A stretch of 64,000 bases of DNA from Tannerellaceae bacterium (GTDB lineage: Bacteria > Bacteroidota > Bacteroidia > Bacteroidales > CAMTPD01): the NCBI GenBank assembly GCA_051656605.1, contig JBOGCF010000008.1, positions 6,152 through 70,151 of the forward strand, in the 5' to 3' direction. The position numbers and the translations under genes are program-made. This document shows positions 1-9,317 of the stretch, in pieces. Under the pieces are notes generated by a model, which worked only from the letters and a program-made list of their open reading frames with translations, ran no database searches and was not told the origin of the DNA. Positions within the stretch are counted from its first letter, which is position 1. Every line of letters starts with the position of its first letter.

Positions 1-579
1 TAGATTAAGACCAAGAGAAGACGCTATGCGCTCATATACATTAGAAATTGAAATAGATCTATCATCAGTTTCAAGGAAAAGTGAATCTGGAAAAGCTACT
101 TTCACAGCCTCTTCATTAAACCAATATCCAAATGAAAGAAAAAATCCATGAAAAATCAGTTGTGTCGCTTGCTGGGGCTTACCTCTGAATCCATGGACTA
201 TCCAATTAGATGTATCATTTAGATGCTTTTTTAGAGAAAGCAATTCATCAAAAGCTTTAACGCAGTGAATAATTATAGGCTTATTATAAGCTCTATTAAT
301 TTCCCACTGATCAATAAATACCTTTCGCTGTACATCAATTGAAACATGGCTATTCTTATCTAAACCTATTTCTCCCAATGCAACAACTTCAGACATTGCC
401 AAGGTTTTACTTACCAGTGCAAGCTCGTGTTGAATATGACTTGTATGTATATAGTTTGGGTGTATTCCTACAGAACAGTAAGAATGAGCAGGTATTGTTT
501 CGCCCGGAAATAAATTTACAATCGAGCGTACATTTAGTGTTTTTACGTTTTGATGTGTATGTATATCGTAATACGTCAT
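1..579 (-). CDS. TatD-family metal-dependent hydrolase (C-terminus runs off the left edge)
   Basis: Hand translation of the minus strand from ATG at 577-579: MTYYDIHTHQ...VALGEIGLDK...PIIIHCVKAF...WIVHGFRG...LFLETDD. It stays open to position 1. It is absent from the ORF track because there is no stop in the window. It lies directly downstream of yidD. Confidence 0.75.
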   Translation of the reverse strand, partial: MTYYDIHTHQNVKTLNVRSIVNLFPGETIPAHSYCSVGIHPNYIHTSHIQHELALVSKTLAMSEVVALGEIGLDKNSHVSIDVQRKVFIDQWEINRAYNKPIIIHCVKAFDELLSLKKHLNDTSNWIVHGFRGKPQQATQLIFHGFFLSFGYWFNEEAVKVAFPDSLFLETDDRSISISNVYERIASSLGLNL

Positions 580-585
580 TTCAGT

Positions 586-807
586 TTAGGGAACAGGATC
601 ATACCCGCTACCTCCCCATGGATTACATCGCAATATACGTTTAATAGCTAATACTCCTCCTTTGAAAGGACCATATTTTTTTATGGCCTGTATTGTATAT
701 TCAGAACATGTGGGTGTATACCTACATGCTGGCGGCAATAATGGTGAAATACTATATTTATAGAAATAAACAGGAGCGAGCAAAAGCCAACTCAAAGCTT
801 TTTTCAT
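586..807 (-). CDS. yidD: Membrane protein insertion efficiency factor YidD
   Basis: 73 aa with the conserved [10 protein letters not shown]...[11 protein letters not shown] motif. It overlaps the rnpA stop by 4 nt. Confidence 0.9.
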   Translation of the reverse strand: MKKALSWLLLAPVYFYKYSISPLLPPACRYTPTCSEYTIQAIKKYGPFKGGVLAIKRILRCNPWGGSGYDPVP

Positions 808-1193
808 AATTCTGCTTCTAGCAATTTTTTTAATGCTCGATTAACGCCTTTCTCAACTTCCTTAAAACTCCTAACTTCCTTATCAACATAGATAAATGCA
901 AGAAGAAGTGTTTTATCAGTAGGCATCATCTTTTCCAGTAAAGCATGCTTATTTACTCGGTATGCTTCCCTAACAAGACGCTTTAAAAGATTCCGCTTTA
1001 CGGCTCGTTTGAATTTCTTCTTTGAAACACTCACCATCATAGAAACCGGAACTTCTCTTTTAGGTACTGTTTTATAAACGATACGTAAAGGAAAGGCCAC
1101 AAACGATGACGCAGTATTATCAAACAATAGATCAATATCAATCTTACTGCAAAGTCGTTCTTCTTTCGAAAGCGTATTTTTATTTTCGTTCAT
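804..1193 (-). CDS. rnpA: Ribonuclease P protein component
   Basis: 129-aa basic protein ([22 protein letters not shown]) in the conserved rnpA-yidD arrangement. Confidence 0.85.
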   Translation of the reverse strand: MNENKNTLSKEERLCSKIDIDLLFDNTASSFVAFPLRIVYKTVPKREVPVSMMVSVSKKKFKRAVKRNLLKRLVREAYRVNKHALLEKMMPTDKTLLLAFIYVDKEVRSFKEVEKGVNRALKKLLEAEL

Positions 1194-1204
1194 TGATAGT
1201 TTGT

Positions 1205-1268
1205 AAAAAATGAAACCGCAAGGCTATCTGCGCAAAGGTAAAACTTTCGCATCAAATAGCATTGCGGT
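1205..1268 (-). terminator. Hairpin plus U-run downstream of hemD
   Basis: Arms aaccgcaaggctat (1214-1227) and atagcattgcggt (1256-1268), one mismatch. On the minus strand it is followed by ttcatttttt. It ends only about 12 nt before the rnpA start, so readthrough or a different role is possible. Confidence 0.4.
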
Positions 1269-1295
1269 AAATAAAATATAAACTGATTTATATTT

Positions 1296-2060
1296 TTACT
1301 TTTTCTTCGCTTGTTCTTTTAGATACAACTCAAGAGCTGCGGTCATAGACGGTGCTGCTGCTGTTGGAGCTTCAATATCTAATCTTAGACCTGCATCTTT
1401 TACAGCTTTTGCTGTTGTTGGACCAAAACATCCGATCTTAACATCCGATTGCTCAAAATTTGGGAAGTTCTTCACCAATGAAGCAATACCCGAAGGACTA
1501 AAGAAAAGCAACATATCATAGTCGAACTTTTCTTCCGGTGTAAAATCGTTACTTACAGTTCTATACATTACCGCTTTGGAGTAATTGATCTTTTTCGCGT
1601 CTAGAAGTGAAAACAAATCTTCCTTGTGTACATCCGATACAGGCACAATATACTTCTCTTTGTTATGTTTAGCAATTACGCTTACAAGATCTTCGATTTT
1701 GCCTGTTTGTCCAAAGAAAATTTTTCTTTTTCTATAAACAATGTATTTTTGTAAGTATACAGCTACTGCCTCTGTCATACAGAAATATTTCATTGTTTCA
1801 GGTATGGTAATACGAAGTTCTTCACACAAGTGGAAGAAGTGATCTATTGCGGTACGGGCAGTAAAGATAACAGCTGTATGGTCAAGTATAGAAATCTTTT
1901 GTTGTCTAAATTCTTTCGAACTTAACGGTTCAACCTTTATAAAAGGTCGAAAATCGATATGCAATCCATATTTTTCAGCAATATCGAAATAAGGTGATTT
2001 CTCCGATGTAGGTCTCGGTTGTGACACCAAAACCTTTTTGATTTTCAAAGCCATAGCCAA
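1296..2060 (-). CDS. hemD: Uroporphyrinogen-III synthase family protein
   Basis: 254 aa. It has the two-lobe HemD-like layout (VLVSQPRP..., FFSPSGI...) and the Bacteroidetes-typical adjacency to a DUF4271 membrane protein. Confidence 0.7.
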   Translation of the reverse strand: MAMALKIKKVLVSQPRPTSEKSPYFDIAEKYGLHIDFRPFIKVEPLSSKEFRQQKISILDHTAVIFTARTAIDHFFHLCEELRITIPETMKYFCMTEAVAVYLQKYIVYRKRKIFFGQTGKIEDLVSVIAKHNKEKYIVPVSDVHKEDLFSLLDAKKINYSKAVMYRTVSNDFTPEEKFDYDMLLFFSPSGIASLVKNFPNFEQSDVKIGCFGPTTAKAVKDAGLRLDIEAPTAAAPSMTAALELYLKEQAKKK

Positions 2061-2797
2061 TCTTTCTGGATAAAGTTATACAAATAATCTAACCCCTCAT
2101 ACAGATAAATCAGAGGTAAAATTTCTTGGGCGCAAAGGTACAAAATCAAATAAAACAATTTATCTCTTTTACTGTAAAATATGCGGACAGACTTATTAAT
2201 TATCACTAATCGAGAGAAAATTAGTATAATTAAAAGCAATATGTTTACATATCGTGAATAGTTTGGACTGAAATACAAGCACAAAACAGGAATATATAAT
2301 AAAATGCCAATCGAGCCTATTACAGCTTGATAGTTTGTATTCCAAAGTTTGAGATAACTCTTATCATAGAAAATATAGCAATAAAGCATATATAATAATT
2401 GCTTCATTCCGAAATACAATAATAAAGCTACAAAGATAAGCGGCAAGAAGATCAGTGGCTTCAAATAAAAAAACTCAGGAATGTCAAAAATAGTCCCTGA
2501 AACTTTATAGATGGCAAGAGTTGAAAGGATTAATGTCTGCGTCATAATGAAACCACGAAAGAAAGATTCATTCCCGGCAGTAACCAAAAACAAACTTTGA
2601 CGCTTCTTTATCTGAAAAAAATCTTGCAACATCTTATAAAACAACTTCACGCTGTTTCGATATACAATCGAAAAAACAACAAACAGAAGTATCAGTATGG
2701 TTAATACGATATCTTCTGTTTGCTGTTCTGCCACCAAATATGTAGACGACTCCGTATACGGAGACATTAGTATATTCAATATAGAGGTTAAGATCAT
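2045..2797 (-). CDS. DUF4271-like polytopic membrane protein
   Basis: 250 aa, very hydrophobic with multiple TM segments. It overlaps the hemD start by 16 nt. This is the conserved partner of hemD in Bacteroidetes as I recall it. Confidence 0.6.
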   Translation of the reverse strand: MILTSILNILMSPYTESSTYLVAEQQTEDIVLTILILLFVVFSIVYRNSVKLFYKMLQDFFQIKKRQSLFLVTAGNESFFRGFIMTQTLILSTLAIYKVSGTIFDIPEFFYLKPLIFLPLIFVALLLYFGMKQLLYMLYCYIFYDKSYLKLWNTNYQAVIGSIGILLYIPVLCLYFSPNYSRYVNILLLIILIFSRLVIINKSVRIFYSKRDKLFYLILYLCAQEILPLIYLYEGLDYLYNFIQKDWLWL

Positions 2798-2858
2798 AAA
2801 TTTACCTTTGCTTCATTCAGAAAAACAAAGGTAAGAAAACAGACTCTCTCTGAAAATA

Positions 2859-4217
2859 TTAATACAAAGATTCACGAATAATTTCAGACACAGTAGGATG
2901 AGGGAAAACCATCTCACGTAAATCACCCATCTTCATATTCTTTTCAATAGCCATCCCTGCAATCACAATCAGCTCCGATGCAGGATTGCCCAAAATATGA
3001 AAACCTAAAATTTCTTGCTCATTATTATAAAGGATCTTGCAAACCCCATTGACCATTTCATTTTCTGCAACAAAACGCCCCGAGAAAGACATGGAAATGT
3101 TTTTCGCTTCATAGGCAACACCTTCCGTCTTCAATTGCTCTTCAGTTTTTCCTACCCCTGCAAACTCCGGATTCGTGTACACAATACCAGGAATTGCCTT
3201 ATAACTAATCGCTGTGTCGTATCCAAGAATCGTATTGATCGCAACTTCGGCTTCACGCACAGCCGTATGTGCTAACATAGAAAACCCTGTAATATCTCCA
3301 CACGCATAGATATTCGGAATAGAAGTCTGCATGTGTTCATTTACCAACAAACCATTTCGAAAGCGAGCTAAATTAAGATTCTCAAGGCCACAACCGCTAA
3401 GAGTAGGACGACGCCCCACGCTCATCAGAATCTTTGACGCATACAATTCTGATTTTTCGCCGTTTTCATGTTCAAGAAACAACTTACCATCTTGGATTTC
3501 CATTACTTTAGTTGATAGATGAAACTTGATTCCTCGCTTTGTAAAATCAGCACGTAATAGCTCCGATAAAGCATGATCCATATTACCAAGTATCTCAGGA
3601 GCCATCTCGATTACCGTAACATCCACGTCAAGACTATTAAAGAGCGAGGCAAACTCCATACCAATTACTCCGCCACCCACAATAGCAATACTTTCGGGAA
3701 GTTCTTTAGTCGCTAAAGCCTCTCGGTGAGTCCACACATCAGCATTATTAATACCAGGAATAGGAGGTATGATCGTTTCAGAACCGGTACACAATAAAAC
3801 ATTTTTGGCAACATAAGAAATATCGTTACACGAAAGAGAAACCAGTGTGCTTTCGGCTTCGATTCCTGTAATTTCAACATTTCCTTTTACAACCTCTGCT
3901 TCGTGATTCGTTAGTTTTGCCCTAATTCCTGCCACAAGTTTCTTTATTGTTTTATTCTTTCGGGCATGAATCTTTCCATAATCAAACGATACATCATTTG
4001 CATAGACTCCATATTTAGAGGCTCCTTTTGCCTGATCATATACTTTTGCCGAATAAAGCATTGTCTTGGTTGGTATACAACCTTCGTTCAAACAAACCCC
4101 TCCTAAATCGGCTTTCTCAAATAGGATTGTTTTTAAACCCTCGGCAGCAGCACGCTCTGCTGCCGTATATCCTGCCGGACCACCGCCAATAATGGCTACA
4201 TCATACAAGTTTTCCAT
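2859..4217 (-). CDS. lpdA: Dihydrolipoyl dehydrogenase (E3)
   Basis: 452 aa with the FAD fold GGGPAGY, the redox disulfide GGVCLNEGCIPTK and a C-terminal HPT..E dimer-interface motif. No E1/E2 or gcv genes are adjacent. Confidence 0.9.
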   Translation of the reverse strand: MENLYDVAIIGGGPAGYTAAERAAAEGLKTILFEKADLGGVCLNEGCIPTKTMLYSAKVYDQAKGASKYGVYANDVSFDYGKIHARKNKTIKKLVAGIRAKLTNHEAEVVKGNVEITGIEAESTLVSLSCNDISYVAKNVLLCTGSETIIPPIPGINNADVWTHREALATKELPESIAIVGGGVIGMEFASLFNSLDVDVTVIEMAPEILGNMDHALSELLRADFTKRGIKFHLSTKVMEIQDGKLFLEHENGEKSELYASKILMSVGRRPTLSGCGLENLNLARFRNGLLVNEHMQTSIPNIYACGDITGFSMLAHTAVREAEVAINTILGYDTAISYKAIPGIVYTNPEFAGVGKTEEQLKTEGVAYEAKNISMSFSGRFVAENEMVNGVCKILYNNEQEILGFHILGNPASELIVIAGMAIEKNMKMGDLREMVFPHPTVSEIIRESLY

Positions 4218-4257
4218 ATCTTCATAGTATTATAGTATATAAGGATTTATTTTGCGG

Positions 4258-4665
4258 TTATCTCATCTTCACTTCAATATTAGGATTGATCCGTAAAATA
4301 AACTTTAGAAATAAGTCTTTATTTTCGGGTGAGATAGCATATACTTTCTCTCCGGTATGTATATAGATTTTGTCGCTCGAAAGCGCATAAAGCCATTGCT
4401 TCTTGCCTTTTACGTCGATCGACGTTATTGAACTGATCGGAATAGATGCCTCTTTAAATTTCGAGCACTTCAGTACTAAATCATTTGAAGTCGTAATCGT
4501 ATACGTTGTATTCTGCAATACGTTGGTAAAAAGCAATACCAGAGCGATCGACAAAAGAATAGGTACAATAAGACCACTCCACATAAAATAGACGCAAAGA
4601 GCTGCCGAACACAAAATAATAACGTGAAACCAAAGATCTACTTTCGACCGAAATATTTTATCCAT
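4258..4665 (-). CDS. Small membrane protein with a bacterial PH-like domain
   Basis: 135 aa with two N-terminal TM helices, then a beta-rich segment resembling bPH-domain proteins. Function unknown. Confidence 0.5.
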   Translation of the reverse strand: MDKIFRSKVDLWFHVIILCSAALCVYFMWSGLIVPILLSIALVLLFTNVLQNTTYTITTSNDLVLKCSKFKEASIPISSITSIDVKGKKQWLYALSSDKIYIHTGEKVYAISPENKDLFLKFILRINPNIEVKMR

Positions 4666-4764
4666 TTTTTCTTTCTACTTTTTGCGAAAGATAATAAAAA
4701 TAAGAGTTCTTCCCATATACTTTTTCGCTTTTCATGATGAAGGCTAAAATGCATCATCGCATCC

Positions 4765-4866
4765 GTTAAGCTTAGACAGGTACGTGTCTAAGATGTGTAC
4801 ACGGTCGTGACGCATTCTTGTCATATACCTGTCTAAGTTGTGTACACGGTCGTGTCTAAGCTTAAC
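4765..4866. repeat. Nested repeat element: 13-bp inverted repeat enclosing two 24-bp direct repeats
   Basis: gttaagcttagac (4765-4777) is the exact reverse complement of gtctaagcttaac (4854-4866). The direct repeats are gtctaagAtgtgtacacggtcgtg (4786-4809) and gtctaagTtgtgtacacggtcgtg (4831-4854), matching 23/24. Confidence 0.85.
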
Positions 4867-4972
4867 TCTCACGACAAATCTATTTAATCATAATATATAG
4901 TAAGTTTATTAATCATTTTATTTATAGAACAAAGTAACCGACAAGATGCGATAGATTCAAAAACTTATTCTA

Positions 4973-4980
4973 TAACTTTG
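4973..4980 (+). promoter_or_regulatory. Bacteroidetes -7 promoter box TAACTTTG for nadB
   Basis: Matches TAnnTTTG, 23 nt upstream of the nadB ATG. Confidence 0.45.
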
Positions 4981-5002
4981 CCGCAACATTTACATCTTCA
5001 CC

Positions 5003-6625
5003 ATGGTACATAAATATGATTTTTTGGTAATTGGCTCGGGCATTGCCGGAATGAGTTTTGCCTTGAAAGTAGCCCACAAAGGTAAAGTAGCCATTATTTG
5101 TAAAACAGCTCTTGAAGATGCTAATACATTTTATGCACAGGGAGGAATAGCCTCTGTTACTAACCCGATCGATGATTTTGAAAAACATATCCAAGACACA
5201 CTGATTGCCGGCGACGGACATTGTGATCGCGATGTGGTAGAAAAGGTAGTAAAAGAAGCACCCTTACAGATCAATGAATTAGTGAATTGGGGCGTAGATT
5301 TTGACAAAGACGACAAAGGAAATTTCGACCTGCATAGAGAGGGCGGACACTCTGAGTTTCGCATTCTTCACCATAAAGACTCTACGGGTGCAGAAATACA
5401 AGAAAGTTTGATCACACGTATAAAGTCACATCCCAATATCGATGTGTACGATCATCACTTTGCCATAGAGATCTTGACTCAGCACCACTTGGGCGAAAAA
5501 ATATCTCGCCATCGTCGCGATACCGAATGCTATGGTGCGTATATTTTTGACCACCGCACACGCAATATTGATACGTTTCTTTCCAAAGTAACGCTTATGG
5601 CAACCGGAGGAATTGGAAGTATCTATCAAACAACAACCAACCCTCTGATCGCAACCGGCGACGGTATCGCAATGGTTTATAGAGCCAAAGGAGAGGTGAA
5701 AGACATGGAGTTTGTTCAGTTTCATCCTACCGCATTATTCCACAGCGAAGAGCGACCTTCATTTCTCATCACCGAAGCCATGCGCGGATATGGCGGTGTA
5801 CTTCGTACGATCGACGGACAAGAATTCATGCACAAGTACGATAGTCGAGGATCGCTTGCTCCGCGTGATATCGTAGCCAGGTCTATTGATACGGAAATGA
5901 AGACCAGAGGTGACGAGCACGTCTACCTTGACGTTACACATAAAGATGCCGAAACTACAAAAAAACATTTTCCTAACATCTATCAAAAGTGTTTGAGTCT
6001 CGGTATTGATATCACCAAGGAATACATTCCGGTTGCACCGGCTGCTCACTATTTATGCGGAGGTATTGCCGTAGATCTTAACAGTGAATCATCCATCAAG
6101 CGCTTATACGCAGTTGGAGAATGTGCTTGCACAGGACTGCACGGAGCCAACCGTTTGGCTTCAAACTCATTGATCGAAGCAGTTGTGTTTGCTGATGCCG
6201 CTTCCAAACATGCTTTATATAGCATGGAAGACTATACTTATAATACGGCCATTCCTTCTTGGAACGACGAGGGGACTTCACTCACCGAAGAGCTGATCCT
6301 TATCACGCAAAGTGCAAAAGAAGTAGGTATGATTATGTCGAGCTACGTAGGTATTGTAAGAAGCAACCTTCGCCTCAAACGAGCAATGGATAGATTAGAA
6401 ATCTTATATCGTGAAACGGAGAATCTATTTACACGCTCTGTAGTTTCGAAAGAAATTTGCGAATTGCGCAATATTATTAATGTCGCATATTTAGTTATTA
6501 AACATGCCACGCAACGCAAAGAGAGCAGGGGATTACATTATACGGTAGACTATCCACAAAAGAATGAAATAAAGGAAGTACGCTTTACTACAAAGAGGGC
6601 ATACCTCAAAGAAGTAGAAGAATGA
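5003..6625 (+). CDS. nadB: L-aspartate oxidase
   Basis: 540 aa with the N-terminal FAD motif VIGSGIAGM. It shows succinate dehydrogenase/fumarate reductase flavoprotein-like blocks (AQGGI, HPTA, RGEGG-like) and GANRLASNSL. Confidence 0.92.
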   Translation: MVHKYDFLVIGSGIAGMSFALKVAHKGKVAIICKTALEDANTFYAQGGIASVTNPIDDFEKHIQDTLIAGDGHCDRDVVEKVVKEAPLQINELVNWGVDFDKDDKGNFDLHREGGHSEFRILHHKDSTGAEIQESLITRIKSHPNIDVYDHHFAIEILTQHHLGEKISRHRRDTECYGAYIFDHRTRNIDTFLSKVTLMATGGIGSIYQTTTNPLIATGDGIAMVYRAKGEVKDMEFVQFHPTALFHSEERPSFLITEAMRGYGGVLRTIDGQEFMHKYDSRGSLAPRDIVARSIDTEMKTRGDEHVYLDVTHKDAETTKKHFPNIYQKCLSLGIDITKEYIPVAPAAHYLCGGIAVDLNSESSIKRLYAVGECACTGLHGANRLASNSLIEAVVFADAASKHALYSMEDYTYNTAIPSWNDEGTSLTEELILITQSAKEVGMIMSSYVGIVRSNLRLKRAMDRLEILYRETENLFTRSVVSKEICELRNIINVAYLVIKHATQRKESRGLHYTVDYPQKNEIKEVRFTTKRAYLKEVEE

Positions 6626-6643
6626 TTCATCTCTTAATTCAAT

Positions 6644-6700
6644 AAAAACAACGCTGAATACGAATCGTAAGATTTATAGTTCAGCGTTGTTTGTTTATAA
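6644..6700 (+). terminator. Intrinsic terminator after nadB
   Basis: aaaaacaacgctgaa (6644-6658) pairs with ttcagcgttgttt (6680-6692), followed by gtttat. Confidence 0.75.
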
Positions 6701-6733
6701 AAAAACCGGGACATCACAGTGTGACTCCCGGCT
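6699..6733 (-). terminator. Intrinsic terminator after rubrerythrin
   Basis: ccggga (6706-6711) pairs with tcccgg (6726-6731). On the minus strand it is followed by TTTTTTT. Confidence 0.6.
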
Positions 6734-6757
6734 CTAAACTTAACTTCGTATTATACA

Positions 6758-7336
6758 TCAATAGTTATGTTTCATAGGTTCGAAGTAGCCTTGTGGGTGA
6801 AGACATGCAGGACATGCTCCCGGAGCTTTCTTTCCTTTGTGCACATATCCGCACTCACGACATTGCCATTCGATTTCCTCTTCTCTTTCAAAGAAGTTCT
6901 TATCTTTCAAATGTGAAAGAAGTTCTTTATATCTCTTTTCGTGTTCAACTTCTACTTTTGCTACGTTTCTAAAGCAAGCTGCCACAGCTTTGAAACCTTC
7001 AGCTTCTGCTACATCTGCAAACGTTGGATAAAGAATAGACCATTCTTCGTATTCTCCCGCGATTGCTTCTTCAAGGTTCAATTCGGTAATGCTAATAACG
7101 CCTGCAGGATATGAAGAGGTTATTTCTACCATACCGCCTTCAAGGAAGCTAAAGAAACGTTTTGCGTGTTCTTTTTCTTGATTTGCAGTTTCTTCAAAAA
7201 CGCCTGCAATTTGCTCCAATCCTTCTTTGCGAGCTACAGATGCATAATACGTATAACGATTACGTGCTTGTGATTCTCCGGCAAATGCCTTTAATAGGTT
7301 TTGTTCTGTTTGTGTTCCTTTAATACTCTTTTCCAT
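6758..7336 (-). CDS. rbr: Rubrerythrin
   Basis: 192 aa with diiron ferritin-like EX2H motifs (EKEHAKRF, EVEHEKRY) and a C-terminal rubredoxin CxxC...CxxC (CRECG...CPAC). Confidence 0.92.
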   Translation of the reverse strand: MEKSIKGTQTEQNLLKAFAGESQARNRYTYYASVARKEGLEQIAGVFEETANQEKEHAKRFFSFLEGGMVEITSSYPAGVISITELNLEEAIAGEYEEWSILYPTFADVAEAEGFKAVAACFRNVAKVEVEHEKRYKELLSHLKDKNFFEREEEIEWQCRECGYVHKGKKAPGACPACLHPQGYFEPMKHNY

Positions 7337-7379
7337 AATATGATTGATTTATAAGTAAGATCAAATTCGTTAGTTATGC

Positions 7380-7400
7380 TATTTATAATCTCTATAAATA
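7380..7400. promoter_or_regulatory. 21-bp palindrome TATTTATA-atctc-TATAAATA upstream of rbr (Fur/PerR-box-like)
   Basis: Perfect 8-bp arms, 44-64 bp upstream of the rbr start. The core TTATAATcTCTATAA resembles the 7-1-7 Per/Fur box. Confidence 0.3.
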
Positions 7401-7520
7401 ACAGACCTTAAGAAAGTATTGTTTGTTTGATGAGCCTATTTTATAAGTTCAAATAGCTTGGTTTAACAGTTTAAATTAAAACACAGTGTGAATTTTAATA
7501 CTTTACCTCTTTATTATTAA

Positions 7521-7528
7521 TACCTTTG
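7521..7528 (+). promoter_or_regulatory. -7 promoter box TACCTTTG for the SulP gene
   Basis: Matches TAnnTTTG, 29 nt upstream of the ATG. Confidence 0.45.
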
Positions 7529-7556
7529 CACCCTCGTTAAAAAAAAAGGAAATTAA

Positions 7557-9242
7557 ATGTACAGAAAGTTAGCTTTTCGACCGGTCATTTTCGACACGTT
7601 GAAGAATTACTCAAAAGAGAAGTTTATTTCCGACCTCGTGGCCGGTATAAATGTCGGCATCGTTGCCTTACCATTATCAATAGCCTTTGGTACCGCATCA
7701 GGTGTTAGTCCAGAAAAAGGTATAATCACTGCAATCGTAGCCGGGTTTATAGGCTCTATGCTCGGAGGATGTTCCATTCAGATCACAGGACCTACAGGTG
7801 CTTTAATCGTTACCGTTTTCGGGATTATTGCGCAATTCGGGATGGAAGGATTGGCCATTGCAACTTTTATGGGTGGGATCATGCTCATCTTGATGGGATT
7901 GTTGCGCATGGGAACCGTGATAAAGTTTATTCCATATCCGATCGTAGTAGGTTTTACTAGTGGTATTGCCCTTAGTATTTTTACTTCGCAAGTGAAAGAC
8001 TTTCTCGGACTTACGCTAGATGAGAATCCTGTAGACTTTGTTTCGAAGTGGATTGCTATATTCCGAAATATAGAAACCATTAATCCGGCACCACTAATCG
8101 TTTCCATTATTACAATCTTATTTATTAAGCTTTCGCCAAAGGTATCGAAGAAAATACCAGGTGCATTGATTGCTATTATTGTAATGAGTGCGGTAGTTTT
8201 TGCGCTACGTGAGTATGCCGGATTTAAAGGGATTGAAACCATTGGTGATAGATTCGTTATCGATACATCGATTCCAGCGCCACACATGCTTACTCTCAAT
8301 ATGGAAACAATCAATCAACTGTTTCCTACAGCTTTCACCATTGCAATATTGGGAGCCATCGTATCGTTGCTTTCTGCAACAGTTGCCGATGGAATGATCG
8401 GACAGAAGCATGATGCAAACACCGAGCTAGTAGCACAAGGTGTGGCCAACTTGTTTACTCCACTTTTTGGAGGTATTCCTGCAACCGGAGCCGTAGCACG
8501 TACCATTACCAATATAAACAACGGTGGTCGCACACCTATTGCAGGTATGATTCATGCGGTAGTATTGTTGGTGATACTTGTTGTGCTAGGTTCACTTACA
8601 AAATACATTCCAATGGCTTGTCTTGCCGGTATCTTGGTGGTTGTATCTTATAATATGAGTGAATGGCGCACGTTCCGTTCTTTGATGAAAAACCCAAAAT
8701 CGGAAGCTGCAGTATTAATTACTACATTTATTCTTACAGTTGTATTCAGCCTTACCATTGCTATCGAGGTTGGATTACTATTAGCAATGGTATTATTTTT
8801 ACGCCGTGTAGCAGAGACAACAAAGATATCTGTGTTTACAGACCAGCTATCCTTGTCTGACGAGAGCGAATTGTATGGCGATAACGATACTTTATCTCTT
8901 CCAACGGGAGTAGAAGTGTATGAAATCGAAGGCCCATTCTTCTTTGGCGTTGCTTCTAAGTTTGACGAATATACAAAGGCGGTAGGAGATAAACCTAAAA
9001 TACGCATCATTCGAATGCGAAGAGTACCTTTTATAGACTCTACGGGTATTCGTAATTTAGAGTTGTTTGTTCGTTTGTCGAAAGAAGAAAAGATAGATAT
9101 TATTCTTTCTGGTGTTAATCCGAAAGTGCGCGATGTTTTGATCCGTTCGGGCTTTGCTGCAAAACTAGGAGAGGAAAACATTTGTGATAATATCACATTC
9201 GCAATCGAGCGTTCGCGCGAAATGTTGAAAACAAAACATTGA
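7557..9242 (+). CDS. SulP-family inorganic anion transporter with C-terminal STAS domain
   Basis: 561 aa with a polytopic N-terminal domain (GINVGIVALPLSIAFG, TGPTGA) and a STAS-like C-terminus (VYEIEGPFFFG...IDSTG). Confidence 0.9.
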   Translation: MYRKLAFRPVIFDTLKNYSKEKFISDLVAGINVGIVALPLSIAFGTASGVSPEKGIITAIVAGFIGSMLGGCSIQITGPTGALIVTVFGIIAQFGMEGLAIATFMGGIMLILMGLLRMGTVIKFIPYPIVVGFTSGIALSIFTSQVKDFLGLTLDENPVDFVSKWIAIFRNIETINPAPLIVSIITILFIKLSPKVSKKIPGALIAIIVMSAVVFALREYAGFKGIETIGDRFVIDTSIPAPHMLTLNMETINQLFPTAFTIAILGAIVSLLSATVADGMIGQKHDANTELVAQGVANLFTPLFGGIPATGAVARTITNINNGGRTPIAGMIHAVVLLVILVVLGSLTKYIPMACLAGILVVVSYNMSEWRTFRSLMKNPKSEAAVLITTFILTVVFSLTIAIEVGLLLAMVLFLRRVAETTKISVFTDQLSLSDESELYGDNDTLSLPTGVEVYEIEGPFFFGVASKFDEYTKAVGDKPKIRIIRMRRVPFIDSTGIRNLELFVRLSKEEKIDIILSGVNPKVRDVLIRSGFAAKLGEENICDNITFAIERSREMLKTKH

Positions 9243-9265
9243 TCGTATTATTCTCTATATAGTTT

Positions 9266-9317
9266 ATCCTCCTGTCTGACTTCATACATGCATGAATCAA
9301 GACAGGAGGATTTTTAT
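9266..9317 (+). terminator. Intrinsic terminator after the SulP gene
   Basis: atcctcctgtct (9266-9277) pairs with agacaggaggat (9300-9311), followed by TTTTATT. Confidence 0.75.

Noticed and set aside
339-644. A 101-aa + strand ORF at the left edge.
   Set aside because: It starts at a TTG, overlaps the hand-translated TatD-family gene on the opposite strand and runs into yidD. It has no recognisable motif.
4765-4866. Inverted repeats upstream of nadB as a phase-variable invertible promoter (inverton).
   Set aside because: Only 76 bp lie between the 13-bp inverted repeats. No TAnnTTTG box lies inside in either orientation, and no site-specific recombinase gene is in the window. An operator or structured element is more plausible.
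7778-8314. Long antisense ORFs inside large genes. Examples are 7778-8314 in SulP, 23746-24300 in mutS, 28254-29048 in the esterase, 47833-48303 in mnmG and 53496-53978 in ruvB.
   Set aside because: These are shadow ORFs fully embedded opposite well-supported genes. They have low-complexity or atypical composition and no recognisable domains.
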